Part shown: positions 1 through 12,057 of the stretch, piece by piece
How the letters are laid out: each line of letters opens with the position of its first letter
How positions within the stretch are numbered: position 1 is the stretch's first letter
Source: Mobula hypostoma
Lineage: Eukaryota
NCBI RefSeq assembly: GCF_963921235.1
Contig: NC_086107.1
Location: 92,816,001 to 92,880,000, forward strand
Direction: 5' to 3'
Length of the DNA: 64,000 nt
Position numbers and translations under genes: made by a program
Notes under the pieces: model-generated
Seen by the model: only the letters and a program-made list of their open reading frames with translations
What the model was told of the DNA's origin: nothing
Databases searched by the model: none

Positions 1-2452
1 AACAGAAACCATATTAAAAAGTGAGGTGGTGTTCATGGGTTCAATGTCCATTTAGGAGTCGAATTGCAGAGGGGAAGAAGCTGTTCCTGAATCACTGAGT
101 GTCCCGGGTGGTTGGGACCCTTAATAATGGACGCCGCCTTTTTGAGGCACTGCTCCTTGAAGATGTCTTGGATACTACAGAGGCTAGTACCCAACATGGA
201 GCTGACTAATTTTACAACTTTCTGTAGCCTCTTTCAATCCTGTGCAGTAGCCCTCCCCCCTATACCAGACCATGATGCCGTCTGTCAGAATGCTCTCCAC
301 AATACATATGCAGAAGTTTTTGAGTGTTTTAGATGACAAACCAAATCTCTCCAAACTCCTAATGAAATATAGCTGCTGTCGTGCCTTCTTTATAGTTGCA
401 CCAATATGTTGGGATCGGGTTAGGTCCTCAGAGATCTTGACACCCAGGAGCTTGAAATTGCTCACTCTCTCCACTTCTGATCCCTCTGTGAGGACTGGTG
501 TGTGTTCCCTCGTCTTACCCTCCTGGTCCATAATCAGCTCTTTGGTCTTCCTGACATTCAGTGCAACACCGCTCAACTAACTCGTATATTTCACTCCTGC
601 ACGCCCTCTCATCTCCATTTGAGGTTCTGCCAACAATCGTTGTATCATCAGCAAATTTATAGATGGTATTTGAGCTATACCTATCCACTCAGTCATCAGT
701 ATAGAGAGAATAGAGCAGGCTGCTAAATACACATCACTGAAGGGCACCAGTGTTGACTGTCAGTAAGGAAGAGATATTATTATCAGTCCACACAGATTGT
801 GGTCTTCTGGTCAGGAAGTCAAGGATCCAATTACAGATGGAGGTACAGAGGCCCAGGTTCTGTAGAGTATTGATGAGGACTGTAGGAATGAAGGTGTTAA
901 ACGCTGAGCTATAGTCAACAAACAGCATCCTGACATAGGTGTTTGTATTGTGCAGGTGATTTAAAGCCATGTGAATAGCCATTGAGATTGCATCTGCCAT
1001 AGCCCTATTGTAGGAATAGGCAAACTGCAGTGGGTCCAGGTCCTTGCTGAGGCAGCAGCCATGACCAACCTGCCAAAGCATTTCAACACCGTAGATGTGA
1101 GTGCTACTGGACGATAGGCATTAAGGCAGCTCTCATTATTCTTCCTAGGCACTGGTGTGATTGTTGCTTTTTTGAAGCAGGTGGGAACTTCTGACAGTAG
1201 CAGTAGCAATGAAATTGTTCTTGAATACTCCTGTCAGTTGGTTGGCACAAGTTTTCAGAGCCTTTTCAGGTACTCCATCGGGGCCTGCCACCTTGTAGAG
1301 TGTTCGCCCTCCTGAAAGACAGCCTGACATTGGCCTCCAATACAGAAATCACAGTGTCACTGAGTACAGCAGGGATCCTCACAACTGTTGTTATATTCTG
1401 TCTTTCAAAGCTGGCATAGAAGGCGTTGAGCTCATCTGATAGTGAAGCATCGCTGCCATTCATGCTATTGGGTTTCACTTCGTAGGAAGCATTGTCCTTC
1501 AAACCCCGCCAGAGTTGACGTGCACCTGATGTTGCCTCTAACCTCGTTTGGAATTGTTCCTTCACTCTTGAAATAGCCCTCTGCAAATCACTCTGCTTTA
1601 CTTGCATGGATCTGGGTCACCAGACTTAAATACCACAGACCTAGGCCTCAGCAGATGACGAACCTACTGGTTCATCTGCAGCCTTTGCTTTGGGAATGTA
1701 CAGCGAGTTTTCATAGACACACACTCACCCACGCAGGTTTTAATGAAGTCAGTAACAACTGCAACATACTCATCCAGATTTGAAGGTGAATCCCTGGATA
1801 CAGTCCAGTCCACAGATTCAAAGCAGTTCTGTGCTTCCCTTGTCTACACCTTCTTGGTCTTCACTACTAGTGCTACAGTCTTCAGTCTCTGCCTATGCTC
1901 AGGGAGTAGAAGTACAGCCAGGTGATCAGACTTATCAAAGTGTGGGCATGGAATAGCTCGGTGGGCATTCTTGATGCTGGTGTAACAGAGTTCCAATGTG
2001 TTTCCTCTGGTACTACAAGTGATTTATTGATGATAATTATTTAGTGACTTTTTTCAAGCTGGCCTGGTTAAAATTCCCCAAAATGATGGGGAAAGTGTCA
2101 GAGTGCATTGTTTCGCGCATGTTGATCACATTGCTCAGGTCATCTAGAGGCTGTCTGACATTGGCCTGAGGTGGAACGTACACTGCTACCAAAATAATCG
2201 CTGAAATCTCACGCCGCAGGTAAAATGGCCGACGCTTAATTGCGAGCTATTCCAGGTCTGGTGAGCAGAATTGGAACATTTGTGCACCAAGAGGAGCTGA
2301 CCAGGAGGCAAACATCTCCACCTTTGCTTTTGAGAAACTTGACAGTCCTATCCTGACAGTCAACCTGTCAATCTGAATCGTTGCGTCCAGTAAAGGAGGG
2401 GTTAGGCAGGATTCCGTGAAGCCGAGGACGCAAAGCAGTCCTCATGTCTCTC
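1..2452 (-). mobile_element. Rex-Babar-type LINE, decayed ORF2 (APE endonuclease + RT)
   Basis: Minus-strand fragments [46 protein letters not shown] and KKARQQLYFIRSL, broken by frameshifts and stops; endonuclease-like remnants near 2200-2440. Confidence 0.9.
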
Positions 2453-2454
2453 AA

Positions 2455-2870
2455 TTCTAATCGATATAAAGTTATTTGTGAACTAATTCTTCAGCATCAG
2501 AAGGGAACATAAAGTGTAGAAATACTGCTCTGGTCGCTTACTTTCTTTATGTGGGATTTAAAATTCAAATCTAAATCAAGGATAACACCCAGGCTTGTTA
2601 TTTCTGATTTTACAAGGGGAACCAAGTTCCCAGGTTTATCAAGGAGTTTATCTCTTTTGGTTTTGGGACCAAGCAAGATTATTTCAGTTTTACCTTCATT
2701 TAGTTTTAGGAAATTATTGCTCATCCATTTTAGCCATATCAGAAGTCAGAGAAGATAGTGTGTTATCATCATCAGGTTCAACTGAGATATACAATTTGTG
2801 TTATCTACAAAACTGTGCAAGTCAAGTTTATGCTGCCTAATGATTGTACCCTAAGGGGAGCATGTAACTG
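2455..2870 (-). mobile_element. L2-type LINE RT fragment
   Basis: MSNNFLKLNEGKTEIILLG...SLGVILDLDLNFKSHIKKV, typical of the L2 RT C-terminal region. Confidence 0.8.
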
Positions 2871-3000
2871 TTCAGCGTGTTTTTAGTGGTTGTGGTTACC
2901 TTTGTATCTTTCTGACGGGTATCACATTACTTGTATTGGGGCTTTCTTATTGGTTGACTGTTATCTTATGGAAATTCAAAAGTACTAGCAATCTGGATCT

Positions 3001-3373
3001 AATGAACTGCTGGAGGAACTCAGCAAGTCAGGTAGCATCTATGGAGGGGAATAAATATTTATGAAGGACTATAAGAAGACCAGATCACATTGGCTCTAAC
3101 TCTTCTTTCACTTCTGTCTGCTCTTTCGTCTCTGTTCTTACCCCGTCACTAGGCTCTTTGCCTTTTGTTCTTTCACTCTTCCCTTTGCTCGTTCTTGTAA
3201 TGCGTAACAAATGACCATAAGCAACAAGTTTATGCCTCATCCGTGGCATCCGAAGATCAAAAATATCAGGATCCAATTCTTCCCATATAGTCCCCCATTT
3301 TTCTTTCCTCCATAAATGTTTATTCCCCTCCATAGATGCTGCCTGACCTGCTGAGTTCCTCCAGCAATTCATT
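3001..3373. repeat. Inverted pair of Penelope terminal-repeat fragments (~66-bp arms) around ~240 bp of unrelated sequence
   Basis: 3001-3066 aatgaactgctggaggaactcagc...atttatgaag is the near-exact reverse complement of 3308-3373. Confidence 0.85.
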
Positions 3374-3394
3374 CATTTATTTATTGAGATACAG

Positions 3395-3690
3395 CACCTG
3401 ACATCCTCCCGATGCTTTCCTCCACTGACCTTGAAATTATGCCCCCCTGTATTAGCCATTTCCACCATGGGAAAGAGCAATCTGTTCTGCCACTCGATCT
3501 ATGCCTCTTATCATCTTGTATGTCTTTGTCAAGTCACCTCTCAACCTCTTTCACTCCAAAGAGAGAAGCCCTAGTTCGCTCAACCTATCCTCATAAAACC
3601 AGCTCTCTACTCCAGGCAGTAACCTGGTAAATCTCCTCTGCACCCTTTCTGAAGACTCCACTTCCTTCCTCTAAAGAGGTGCCCATAGCT
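3395..3690 (-). mobile_element. CR1/HER1-like LINE 3' fragment
   Basis: Resembles other CR1 copies in the window (tagccatttcc, aatctcctctgcaccc). Confidence 0.65.
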
Positions 3691-4045
3691 ATGTGAGCAT
3701 TTACTTTCTGCCGGAGTGTGCTCCAGTATTTTTTCATCTCTGTCTGTCACCAGGACCCTTCATTCCCTTCTCCCTTGAACCTCCACCATTCGTCTCAACC
3801 TCTTCCAGCTGGGGAATTTAAATTTAAACACTTACAAGTAAATCACTGATGTAAAACGCTCAAGTCAATAATAACAACCACAAAGCTACTAGATTGTTGC
3901 AAAAATCCATCTGGTTCATTAATATTTGTTTTGATGCAGGAGCACTGCCATCTTCACATGGATGCTGCTTCTGAAAACTCTATGGGATGTTTGGGTAACT
4001 GTTTCACACACATGCACTTAAATTATACTTATCCCCCTAACATCT

Positions 4046-4355
4046 GTGTGTGGGCACGTGGCCAAGTGATTAAGGCATTGGACTAGCGACCTGAAGGTCG
4101 AGAGTTTGAGCCCCAACCGAGGGAACGTGTTGTGTCCTTGAGCAAGGCACTTAATCACACATTGCTCTGCGACGACACTGGTGTCAAGCTGTATGGGTCC
4201 TAATGCCCTTCCCTTGGACAACATTGGTGTCGTGGAGAGGGGAGACTTGCAGCATGGGCAACTGCCTGTCTTCCATACAACCTTGCCCAGGCCTGCGTCC
4301 TGGAGAGTGAAGACTTTCCAGGCGCAGATCCATGGTCTTGCAAGACTAACGGATG
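4046..4355 (+). mobile_element. tRNA-derived SINE (CORE-like centre), copy 1
   Basis: Pol III A-box-like tggccaagtg and B-box-like gtttgagcc; gtgtccttgagcaaggcacttaa centre; TSD cccct(a/g)acatct at 4034-4045 and 4356-4367; sister copies at 13.5 and 46.8 kb. Confidence 0.85.
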
Positions 4356-4463
4356 CCCCTGACATCTATCAAAAACGTCCATTGTACCAAAGACCTCCAT
4401 AATGTCACCCACAAACCTTCTTTCCCCAGAAGAGAGACCGAGTCTATTCAAATTGCCCTGATG

Positions 4464-6871
4464 TACACTCAGTGGCCACTCTATAAGGTACATGGACCTG
4501 ATGAAGTCGCCACGACGCACGTTCACGGTCTTCTGTTGCTGCAGCCCATCCACTTCAAGGTTCGAGATGTTGTGTTCAGAGATGCTTTTCTGCACACTGT
4601 TGCTGCAACGTGTAACACACACAAAATTCTGGAGGAACTCCGCAGGCCAGGCAGCACCTATGGAAAAGAGTAAAGTTAACATTTTGGGCCGAGACCCTTC
4701 AACGGGACTCGAGAGATAAAAGAAGAGGAGCCAGAATAAGGTGGGTGGAGGGGAGGAAGAGATGCAAGGTGATAGGTGAAACCAGGAGTGGGGGGGAGGT
4801 GAAGGAAAGAGCTGGAAAGTTGATAGGTAAAACAGATACAGGGCTGGAGAAAGCCTTAAAGCTTTTTGTTGCTTTCTGGACACCAGACTCAACCAGTTCC
4901 CCTCCACCACCACTCTCCTCCGTCTGGCAGAACTTGTCCATACTCTCAATAATTCTCCTTCGGCCTCCTCGCACTTCTTTCAAACTAAAGGTGTAGCCAC
5001 GGGCTCTTGCATGGGTCCCAGCTATGCCTGCCTGTTTGTCAGCTACGTGGGACAGTCTATGTTCCAAGCTTCCACTGGTGACCGACCCGACTTTTCCTAC
5101 GCTACATCGACGACTGCATCGATGCTCCTTCCTGCACCCGTGCCGAGCTCATCGACTTCATCAGCTTTGCCTCCAACTTCCATCTTGTCCTCAAATTTAC
5201 CTGGTCCATTTCTGGCACCTCCCTCCCCTTTCTCGATCCCTCTGTCTCTATCTCTGGAGACAGCTTATCTACTGATCTCTATTATAAGCCCACGGACTCT
5301 CACAGGTACCTGGACTAGGGCTCTTCCCACCCTGTTACTTGTAAAAACACCATCCACTTCATCAATTCCTCTGTGTCAGATGCATCACCTCTCAGGGTGA
5401 GGCTTTTCATTCCAGAACTAAGGAGATGTCCTTCTTCAACCATATCTCTTCCATTTCATTCATGTCTGCCCTCACCCCATCCTCTCGCCACCCCATCAGG
5501 GACAGGGTTCCTTTATCCTCACCTACCACTCCACCAGCCTTTGCAGCCAACTCATAAGTCCCCATAACTTCTGCAAACTCCAACAGGATCTCACCACCAA
5601 GCACATCTTTCCTTCCCCCCCACCCCAACTTTCTGCTTTCTGCAGGGATCACTTCCTATGCAATTCCCTTGTCCATTCGTCCCTCCCCACTGATCTCCTC
5701 CTGGCACTCATCCTTGTGTGTGGAACAAGTGCTATACCTGCCCCTACACCTCCTCCCTCACTACCATTCAGGGCCCCAAACAGTCCTTCCAGGTGAGGCG
5801 ACACTTCATTTGTGAGTCTTTTGGGGGTCATCTACTGTACCCAGCGTGGCCTCCTGTAAATCAATGAGACCCGATGCAGATTGGGAGACCGCTTCACCAA
5901 GCACTTCTGCTCCATCCGTCAGAACAAGCGGGATCTCCCAGTGGCCATCCACTTTAATTCACCCATTCCAACAAGTCAGTCCATGGACTCTTCCATGGTC
6001 GTGATGAGGCCACACTCAGGTTGGAGGAGCAACAACTTATGTTTTATCTGGGCAGCCTCCAACCCAATGAACATAGATTTTTTGAACTTCCTCCTCCTTC
6101 ACCATTCCCCATTCCCATTTCCCTCTCTCACCTTATCTCCTTACCTGCCCATCACCTCCCTCTGGTGCTACTCCCTCTTTTCTTTCTTCCATGGCCTTCG
6201 GTCCTCTCCTATCAGATTCCCCCTTCACCTATCAACTTCCCAGCTCTTTATTTCACTCATCCCACCACACCCGGTTTCACCTATCACCTTGTGTTTCTTC
6301 CTTTCCTCCCCCCACCTACTAACTCTGACTCCTCATTTCTTTTTTCTCCGGTCCTGATGAAGGATCCCAGCCCAAAACATTGACTTACTCTTTTCCATAG
6401 ACGCTGCCTGGCCTGCTGAGTTCCTCCAACACTTTGGTGCGTGTTGCCTGGATTTCCAGCATCTTCAGATTTTCTCTTGTTGCAACATGTGTTTATTTGA
6501 GTTACTGTCATTTTTCTATTACCCTGAACTAGCCTGCTCATTCTCCTCTGACCTCTCTCATTAACAAGGCGTTTTCACCCACAAAACCGCTGCTCAGTTT
6601 TTTTGCACCATTCTCTGTAATATCTAGAACCTGCTATGTGCGAAAATTCCAGGAGGTCAACAACTTCGGAGCTACTCAGACCACCCCATCTGGCACCGAC
6701 AATCATTCCACAGACATAGTCACTTAGATCACATTATGATCTTTGGTCTGAACAACTGAATCTCTTGACCATGTCTGCATGCTTTTATGCATTGAGTTGC
6801 TGCGACATGATTGGCTGATGAGATATTTGCAGAAACGAGCAGGTGCACCTCATGAAATGGTCACTGAGTGT
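4464..6871 (-). mobile_element. Non-autonomous Tc1/mariner element, split by a Penelope insertion
   Basis: TIR tacactcagtggccact at 4464 and tggtcactgagtgt ending at 6871; the internal sequence resumes after the PLE at 6481. Confidence 0.85.
4614..6480 (+). mobile_element. Penelope-like element with an inverted 5' terminal repeat; decayed RT C-terminus and GIY-YIG endonuclease
   Basis: MGPSYACLFV and GDRFTKHFCSIRQNKRDLPVAIHFNS fragments; inverted termini; TSD tgcaac(g/a)tgt at 4604-4613 and 6481-6490. Confidence 0.9.
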
Positions 6872-7282
6872 CTGTCAGAGACAATAAACTTCCCCAGTCC
6901 TAACGCAGCGTCTCGACCCGAAATGTTGTAGGTTCAGACCCCATTTCGGAGATGTATTACAGGTGAGGTGCAAAGGGATGTAACGCGGTGTGCATTTTAT
7001 GGGAACACCACCATTTTAAAAGGTTTCACTGACCTGACTGCTATGAGGCTGTAATCATTACTCCTCTCAGCCTTGTTTTAGTACCGTGTGATGTGTGATT
7101 AGAAATTCACCTCTGAGCAAGTCCTATTTCACTTCCATTAGCTCTGACATCTCTCTGCGTTCCCAAACGGGTGATGTGTCATTCACAGGCAACAGTAAAT
7201 TAATCCTCAGTTGCTTTCTCTTCCACTGTCACACACCCCAACCACAAATTGTTTGGCTGCAAATGTTGCGCCATTAATCAAC

Positions 7283-7291
7283 AGAGAGACT

Positions 7292-7325
<34 letters not shown>

Positions 7326-8148
7326 GAAAGAGAGAGAGAGGAAGAGAGAAAGAGAGATGGGGAGAAAAAGAAGAGGGAGAGGGAGGGAGAGAGAGAGGGA
7401 AAGAGAGAGAGAGGAAGAGAGAAAGAGAGAGGGGGAGTGAAAAAGAAGAGGGAGAGGGAGAGAGAGAGGGAGGGAGAGAGGGGAAGAGAGAGAGAAGGGA
7501 AGAGAGAGAGAGGGGAAGAGAAAGAGAGAGAGAGTGGGACAGAGAGAGAGAGAGGGAGAGAGTGTGTTTGTGAGAGAGAGAATGAGAAAGGAAAGAGAGG
7601 GAGAGGGATACAGAGGGAGAGTGAGAGGGAGGGAGAGAGGGAGGGAGAGAGGGGAAGAGAGAGAGAGGGGAAGAGAAAGAGAGAGAGAGAGTGGGACAGA
7701 GAGAGAGAGAGAGGGAGAGAGTGTGTTTGTGAGAGAGAGAATGAGAAAGGAAAGAGAGGGAGAGGGATACAGAGGGAGAGTGAGAGAGAGAGAAAAGAGG
7801 GAGAGCAAGGAAGGAGAGGAAGGAGCGAGGGAGAGGGAGAGAGACAGTAAGAGGGAAAGTGAAAGAGGGAGAGAGGGAGAAGAGGCACTGAGAGAGAGAA
7901 GAGGGAGGAGTGGCTCTGAGAATGCAGAGATAGTGAACAGTCACATGGAGGGTCATAGGGAGAGATACAGGAGAGTGGGGAGGATTCAACACAGGAGTGA
8001 AGAGAGGAGAAAGATGAGAGGGAGAGGACCATGTGACAGAAGGCAAAGGTAGTGAGTGGGGAGTTGGGGGGGAAAACCTGTGTGTGCAGTGTGTATGTGT
8101 ATATCTGTGTGCAATGTGTAAGTTTGTGTGTGTGTGTGTGAGAGAGAG
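7283..8148. repeat. Long GA-rich polypurine tract grading into GT repeats, with an internal ~150-bp duplication
   Basis: (GA)n/GGGA runs; the unit gagtgggacagagag...gatacagagggagagtgag occurs at about 7531 and 7688. Confidence 0.95.
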
Positions 8149-8549
8149 ACTGGCAGCTTCTGCAGTGCGCGCTGGTGCCAAGCTATATCAGTCTCTGCCA
8201 TTCCTTTGGATTCATCAACAACGTGGAGACGGGGAACCTGCTGCACGGGCAACAGTTCGCTCTCCATATTGTACTGCCCTGGCTTGCTCATTGGCTTCGC
8301 CAGCTAGGACACAGCGTTCACGGCCACGCCTGACCAATGGAGGTCTGTCGGTGTCTCTGTGTCTGTGCATGTTTACGTGTGTATGTATATATGTAATGTA
8401 TGTGTAAGAGAGAGAGAGAGAGGTTCAAAAGTTCAAAGTTCAAAGAAAATTTATTATCCAAGTACATATATGTCACCGTGGACAAACTTGAGATTCGTTT
8501 TCTTGTGGGCATTCACAGTAGGTGCAAAGAAACACCATCGAATCAATGG

Positions 8550-9200
8550 AAAGCCGCACAAGGAGTGTTGTCGCCTTCCTGTGACATCGCTCCATGTAGA
8601 CGTGCTCAATGGTTATCAGGTCTTTACCTGTGATCAACTGGGCCGCATCCACTACATTTTGCAGGATTTTCCATTCGGGGGCTATTTGGTGTTTCCATAC
8701 CAGGCTGTGATGCAGCTGGTCAGTATACTCTCCAGCACACATCTATAGAAGTTTTTAAAAGTTTTAGATATCATGCATGATCTCTGAAAACTCCTAAGGA
8801 AGGAGAGGCGCGACAGTGCTTTCTTCGTAATTGCACTTACCTGGTGAGCCCAGGGGAGGTCCTCTGAAATGATAACACCTCGGAATTTAAAGTTGCTGAC
8901 CCTCTCCACCTCTGGTCCTCTGACGGGGACTGGGTCATGGGCCTCCGATTTCCTCCTGCTGAAGTCAATAATCAGCTCCTTGGTCTTGCTGACACCGAGT
9001 GAGAGGTTGTTGTTGTGGCATCACTCGGCCAGATTTTCAACCTCCCTCCTGTATGCTGATTCATCCCACCATCATTTTGGCCAGTGACGGTGGTGCTGCC
9101 CACAAATTTAAATATGGCATTGGAGCTGCGCTTAGCCACACGGTCGTAAGTATAAAGTGAGTAAAGGGGAGGGGGCTAAACACACAGCCTTGTGGTGCTG
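8550..9200 (-). mobile_element. Rex-Babar LINE 3' fragment
   Basis: ERVSNFKFRGVIISEDL, ESILTSCITAWYGN, APQGCVFSPL. Confidence 0.85.
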
Positions 9201-9801
9201 TCTGTGTGTTCACCCCCACCCCCACCCCATAAGGTATTCCCCATTTCACACCAGCCTCAGAAACTGAATCACAGGGTTGTCGGGGACTGTGGGAGTCTGT
9301 GAAGATGCCTCCATATTTTGACAGTCAAAGCATGCATAGAAGGCTTTGAGCTCATCTGGGAGTGAAACCTTGTTGTCACCTACGTTGCTTGGTTTCACTG
9401 TCGGAGGTGATACCATTCAAGCGCTGCCACAGCTGTCGTGAATCCTTCAGTGATTCGAGTTCAGAATGGCCACTTCGCATATGAGAAGGCTTTCCTGGAA
9501 CTCTTGTTCTTCACTTGGTTCCCCAGACCTGACCTGAACACAATTAATCTTCAAATCGACATGTGGAGGATCTCTTGGTTCATTCGGGGCTTCTGGTCAG
9601 GGAAGACTCTACTTGATTTTTTGGGGCAAATTTGTCCACAACTGACTTTATAAAGTCCATCACAACCGTGGCATATTCTTTAAGATTTTCTAATGAGTCC
9701 TTAAACATAATCCAGTCCACTAGCTCAAAGCAGTCCTGTAGATGTTCCTCTGACTCCCATGACCACCACTTTGTTTTCCTTACTTCTGGAGCCTTGCTCT
9801 T

Positions 9802-10465
9802 TAGATTAGGTTAGATTAGATTCAACTTTATTGTCATTGTGCCGAGTACAGATACAAAGCCAATGTGATGCGTTTAGCATCTAACCAGAAATGCAAAGAA
9901 TAGTGTTATCTACAAAATAACTGCGAATAAAAAAAGTGCTACAGCACACAAATATAAAAGTACTGAGACAGTACAATATGGATGCAATACTGCTTAGCAC
10001 TGTGATGAGAGGTTCAGCAGGGTCACAGCCTCAGGGAAGAAGCTCTTCCTGTGCCTGCTGGTGCGGGAGTGGAGGCTCCTGTAGCGCCTACCGGATGAGA
10101 GGAGAGTAAAAAGTCTATGGTTAGGGTGAGATGCATCCTTGATAATGCTTTTCACCCTGCCCAGGCAGCGTTTATGGTAGATGTTCTCAATGGTGGGCAA
10201 TTGGGTGCCGATAATCCGCTGGTCAGTTTTCACCACACGCTGGAGTGCTTTGCGGTCCGATATGGGACAATTGCCATACCACACTGAGATGCAGTTGGTG
10301 AGTATGCTCTCAATGGTACAGCGGTAAAAGTCCGTCAGTATCCTGGGACAGAGGTGAGCTTTCTTCATGCTCCGCAGGAAATAAAGGGGCTGTTGTGCCT
10401 TTTTGATCAGGATGGAGGAGTTCAGGGACCAGGTGAGATCCTCGGAAATGTGGACACCAAGGAAT
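9802..10465 (-). mobile_element. Younger 5'-truncated Rex-Babar copy with a (TCTAA)n tail, inserted in an older Rex fragment (about 9280-9801 and 10466-10520)
   Basis: 124-aa ORF FYRCTIESILTNCISVWYGN...SGRRYRSL...SFFPEAV; ttagattagatt tail at ~9802-9820. Confidence 0.85.
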
Positions 10466-10529
10466 CAGCCTCTGCCTGTATGCAGGTAGGAGCAGGACAG
10501 CACAGCCAGATGGTCAGATTTCCCAAAAT

Positions 10530-11255
10530 AAAATATAGGAACAAAAAACTGAGGTGCAAAGGGACTTGAGAGTCCTTATGCAGGATTCCCTAAAGGTTAA
10601 TTTGCGGGTTGAGTCTGTGGTGAGGAGGGCAAGCGCAATGTTAGCATTCATTTCAAGAGGATTGGAATAGAAAAGCAAGGATGTAATGCTAAAACTTTAT
10701 AAAGCACTGGTGAGGCCTCACTTGGAGCATTGTAAGCAGTTTTGGAACCCTTATCTCAGAGAGGATGTGCTGGAGAGGGTTCAAAGGAGGTTCACGAAAA
10801 TTATTCCAGGATTGAATGGCTTGTCATATGAAGAGTGTTTGATGGCTTTGGCCCTATATTCACCAGAATCCAGAAGATTAAAGGTCGACCTCATTGAAAC
10901 TCATAGAATGGTGAAAGGCCTTGATAGAGTGGATGTGGAGAGAATGTTTCCTAAGACCAGATGACACAGCCTCAGAATAGAGGAGCGTCCTTTTAGAATG
11001 GAGATAAGGAGGAATTTCATTAGCCAGAGAGTGGTGAATCTGTGGAATTCCTTGCCACAAGCAGCTGTGGAGGCTAGGCCTTTAGGCATATTTAAGAATC
11101 TATAAACCTCTGCCTTAATCAGTCAGGACAAGAAGGGATATGGGGAGAAGGTAGGAGACGGGGGCTGAGAGAAAAATTGGATCAGCCATGAGGAAATGGT
11201 GGAGCAAACTCAATGGGCCAAACGGTCGATTTCTGCTCCTCATGGTCTTATGGTA
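10530..11255 (+). mobile_element. CR1/HER1-like LINE 3' end
   Basis: [31 protein letters not shown]1-type 3' UTR. Confidence 0.9.
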
Positions 11256-11327
11256 TTTTGAGAACTACTGTTTGTGTTGGGAGGTTCTGCGTGGCCCAGT
11301 AGCAAATGGGTAGCACAGTACTGTGTG

Positions 11328-11640
11328 GGCAGTATGTTAGCGTAGTTGTCACGGTAACGCTATTACAGCGCTAGCAACCTGGATTCTCATCCACCACGGT
11401 CAGTCAGGAGTTTGTACGTTCTCCCCACGGCCGCAAGGGTTTCCTCCAGGTGCTGTGGTTTCCTCACACGTTCCGTTAGGGTCAGTAAGTTATCGGCATG
11501 CTGTGGTGGTGCCAGAGGCACGGCAACACTTGCGGGCTGCCCCCAGCACTTCCTCAGACTGTGCTGGTCATTGATACAAACGAGACATTTCATTGCATTT
11601 TGCAATGTACATGTGACAGATAACGCTAATCTTTAATCTT
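11328..11640 (+). mobile_element. HE1-like V-SINE
   Basis: V-domain ggagtttgtacgttctcccc...gggtttcctccaggtgc. Confidence 0.8.
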
Positions 11641-12057
11641 TAGTATTTTGGTCATCACTAGCTGCTGCTGTTCTGACAAATTCCTGATTGTATCTGAAAT
11701 ACATTTCCACAGATCTTGAGCTAGGGATTATCACGGCAAATGAAGAGAGTGCTGTTGCTATACACAATCCTTGATCATCTTTGGCTCACGCTGTACGATT
11801 CACTTAGACCAGAGATGAGCAGAAAAATACCACTTGGGAAAGGTGTCTCAACAATCTTGTCCACCCACCCGAGTGAAGGATTATCAACACACTTCAGCTT
11901 CGAGTGCCCCCCTCGATATTTGCCAAGCACAACAGCGCTGCCCTTTGTCTCAAGTGGAACATAGGAAAGAAATCAATAACCGCACTCATTTCTGTCGTGC
12001 GACCACAACTTCAGGACAACCTAAAGTGCTTCACAGCTAATGAAGTATTTTTTAAGA

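Noticed and set aside
6351..6385. Hammerhead copies at 6351, 6895, 20301 and 20811
   Set aside because: Catalytic core nucleotides (CUGANGA or GAAA) are mutated, so they are not called as functional ribozymes
7207..8181. Long ORFs (up to 324 aa, S/L/P- or E/R/G-rich)
   Set aside because: They are artefacts of the stop-poor GA microsatellite
12000..12052. Unique regulatory sequence
   Set aside because: aaagtgcttcacagctaatgaagta resembles the decayed tail of an old Deu-type SINE; too short to annotate confidently
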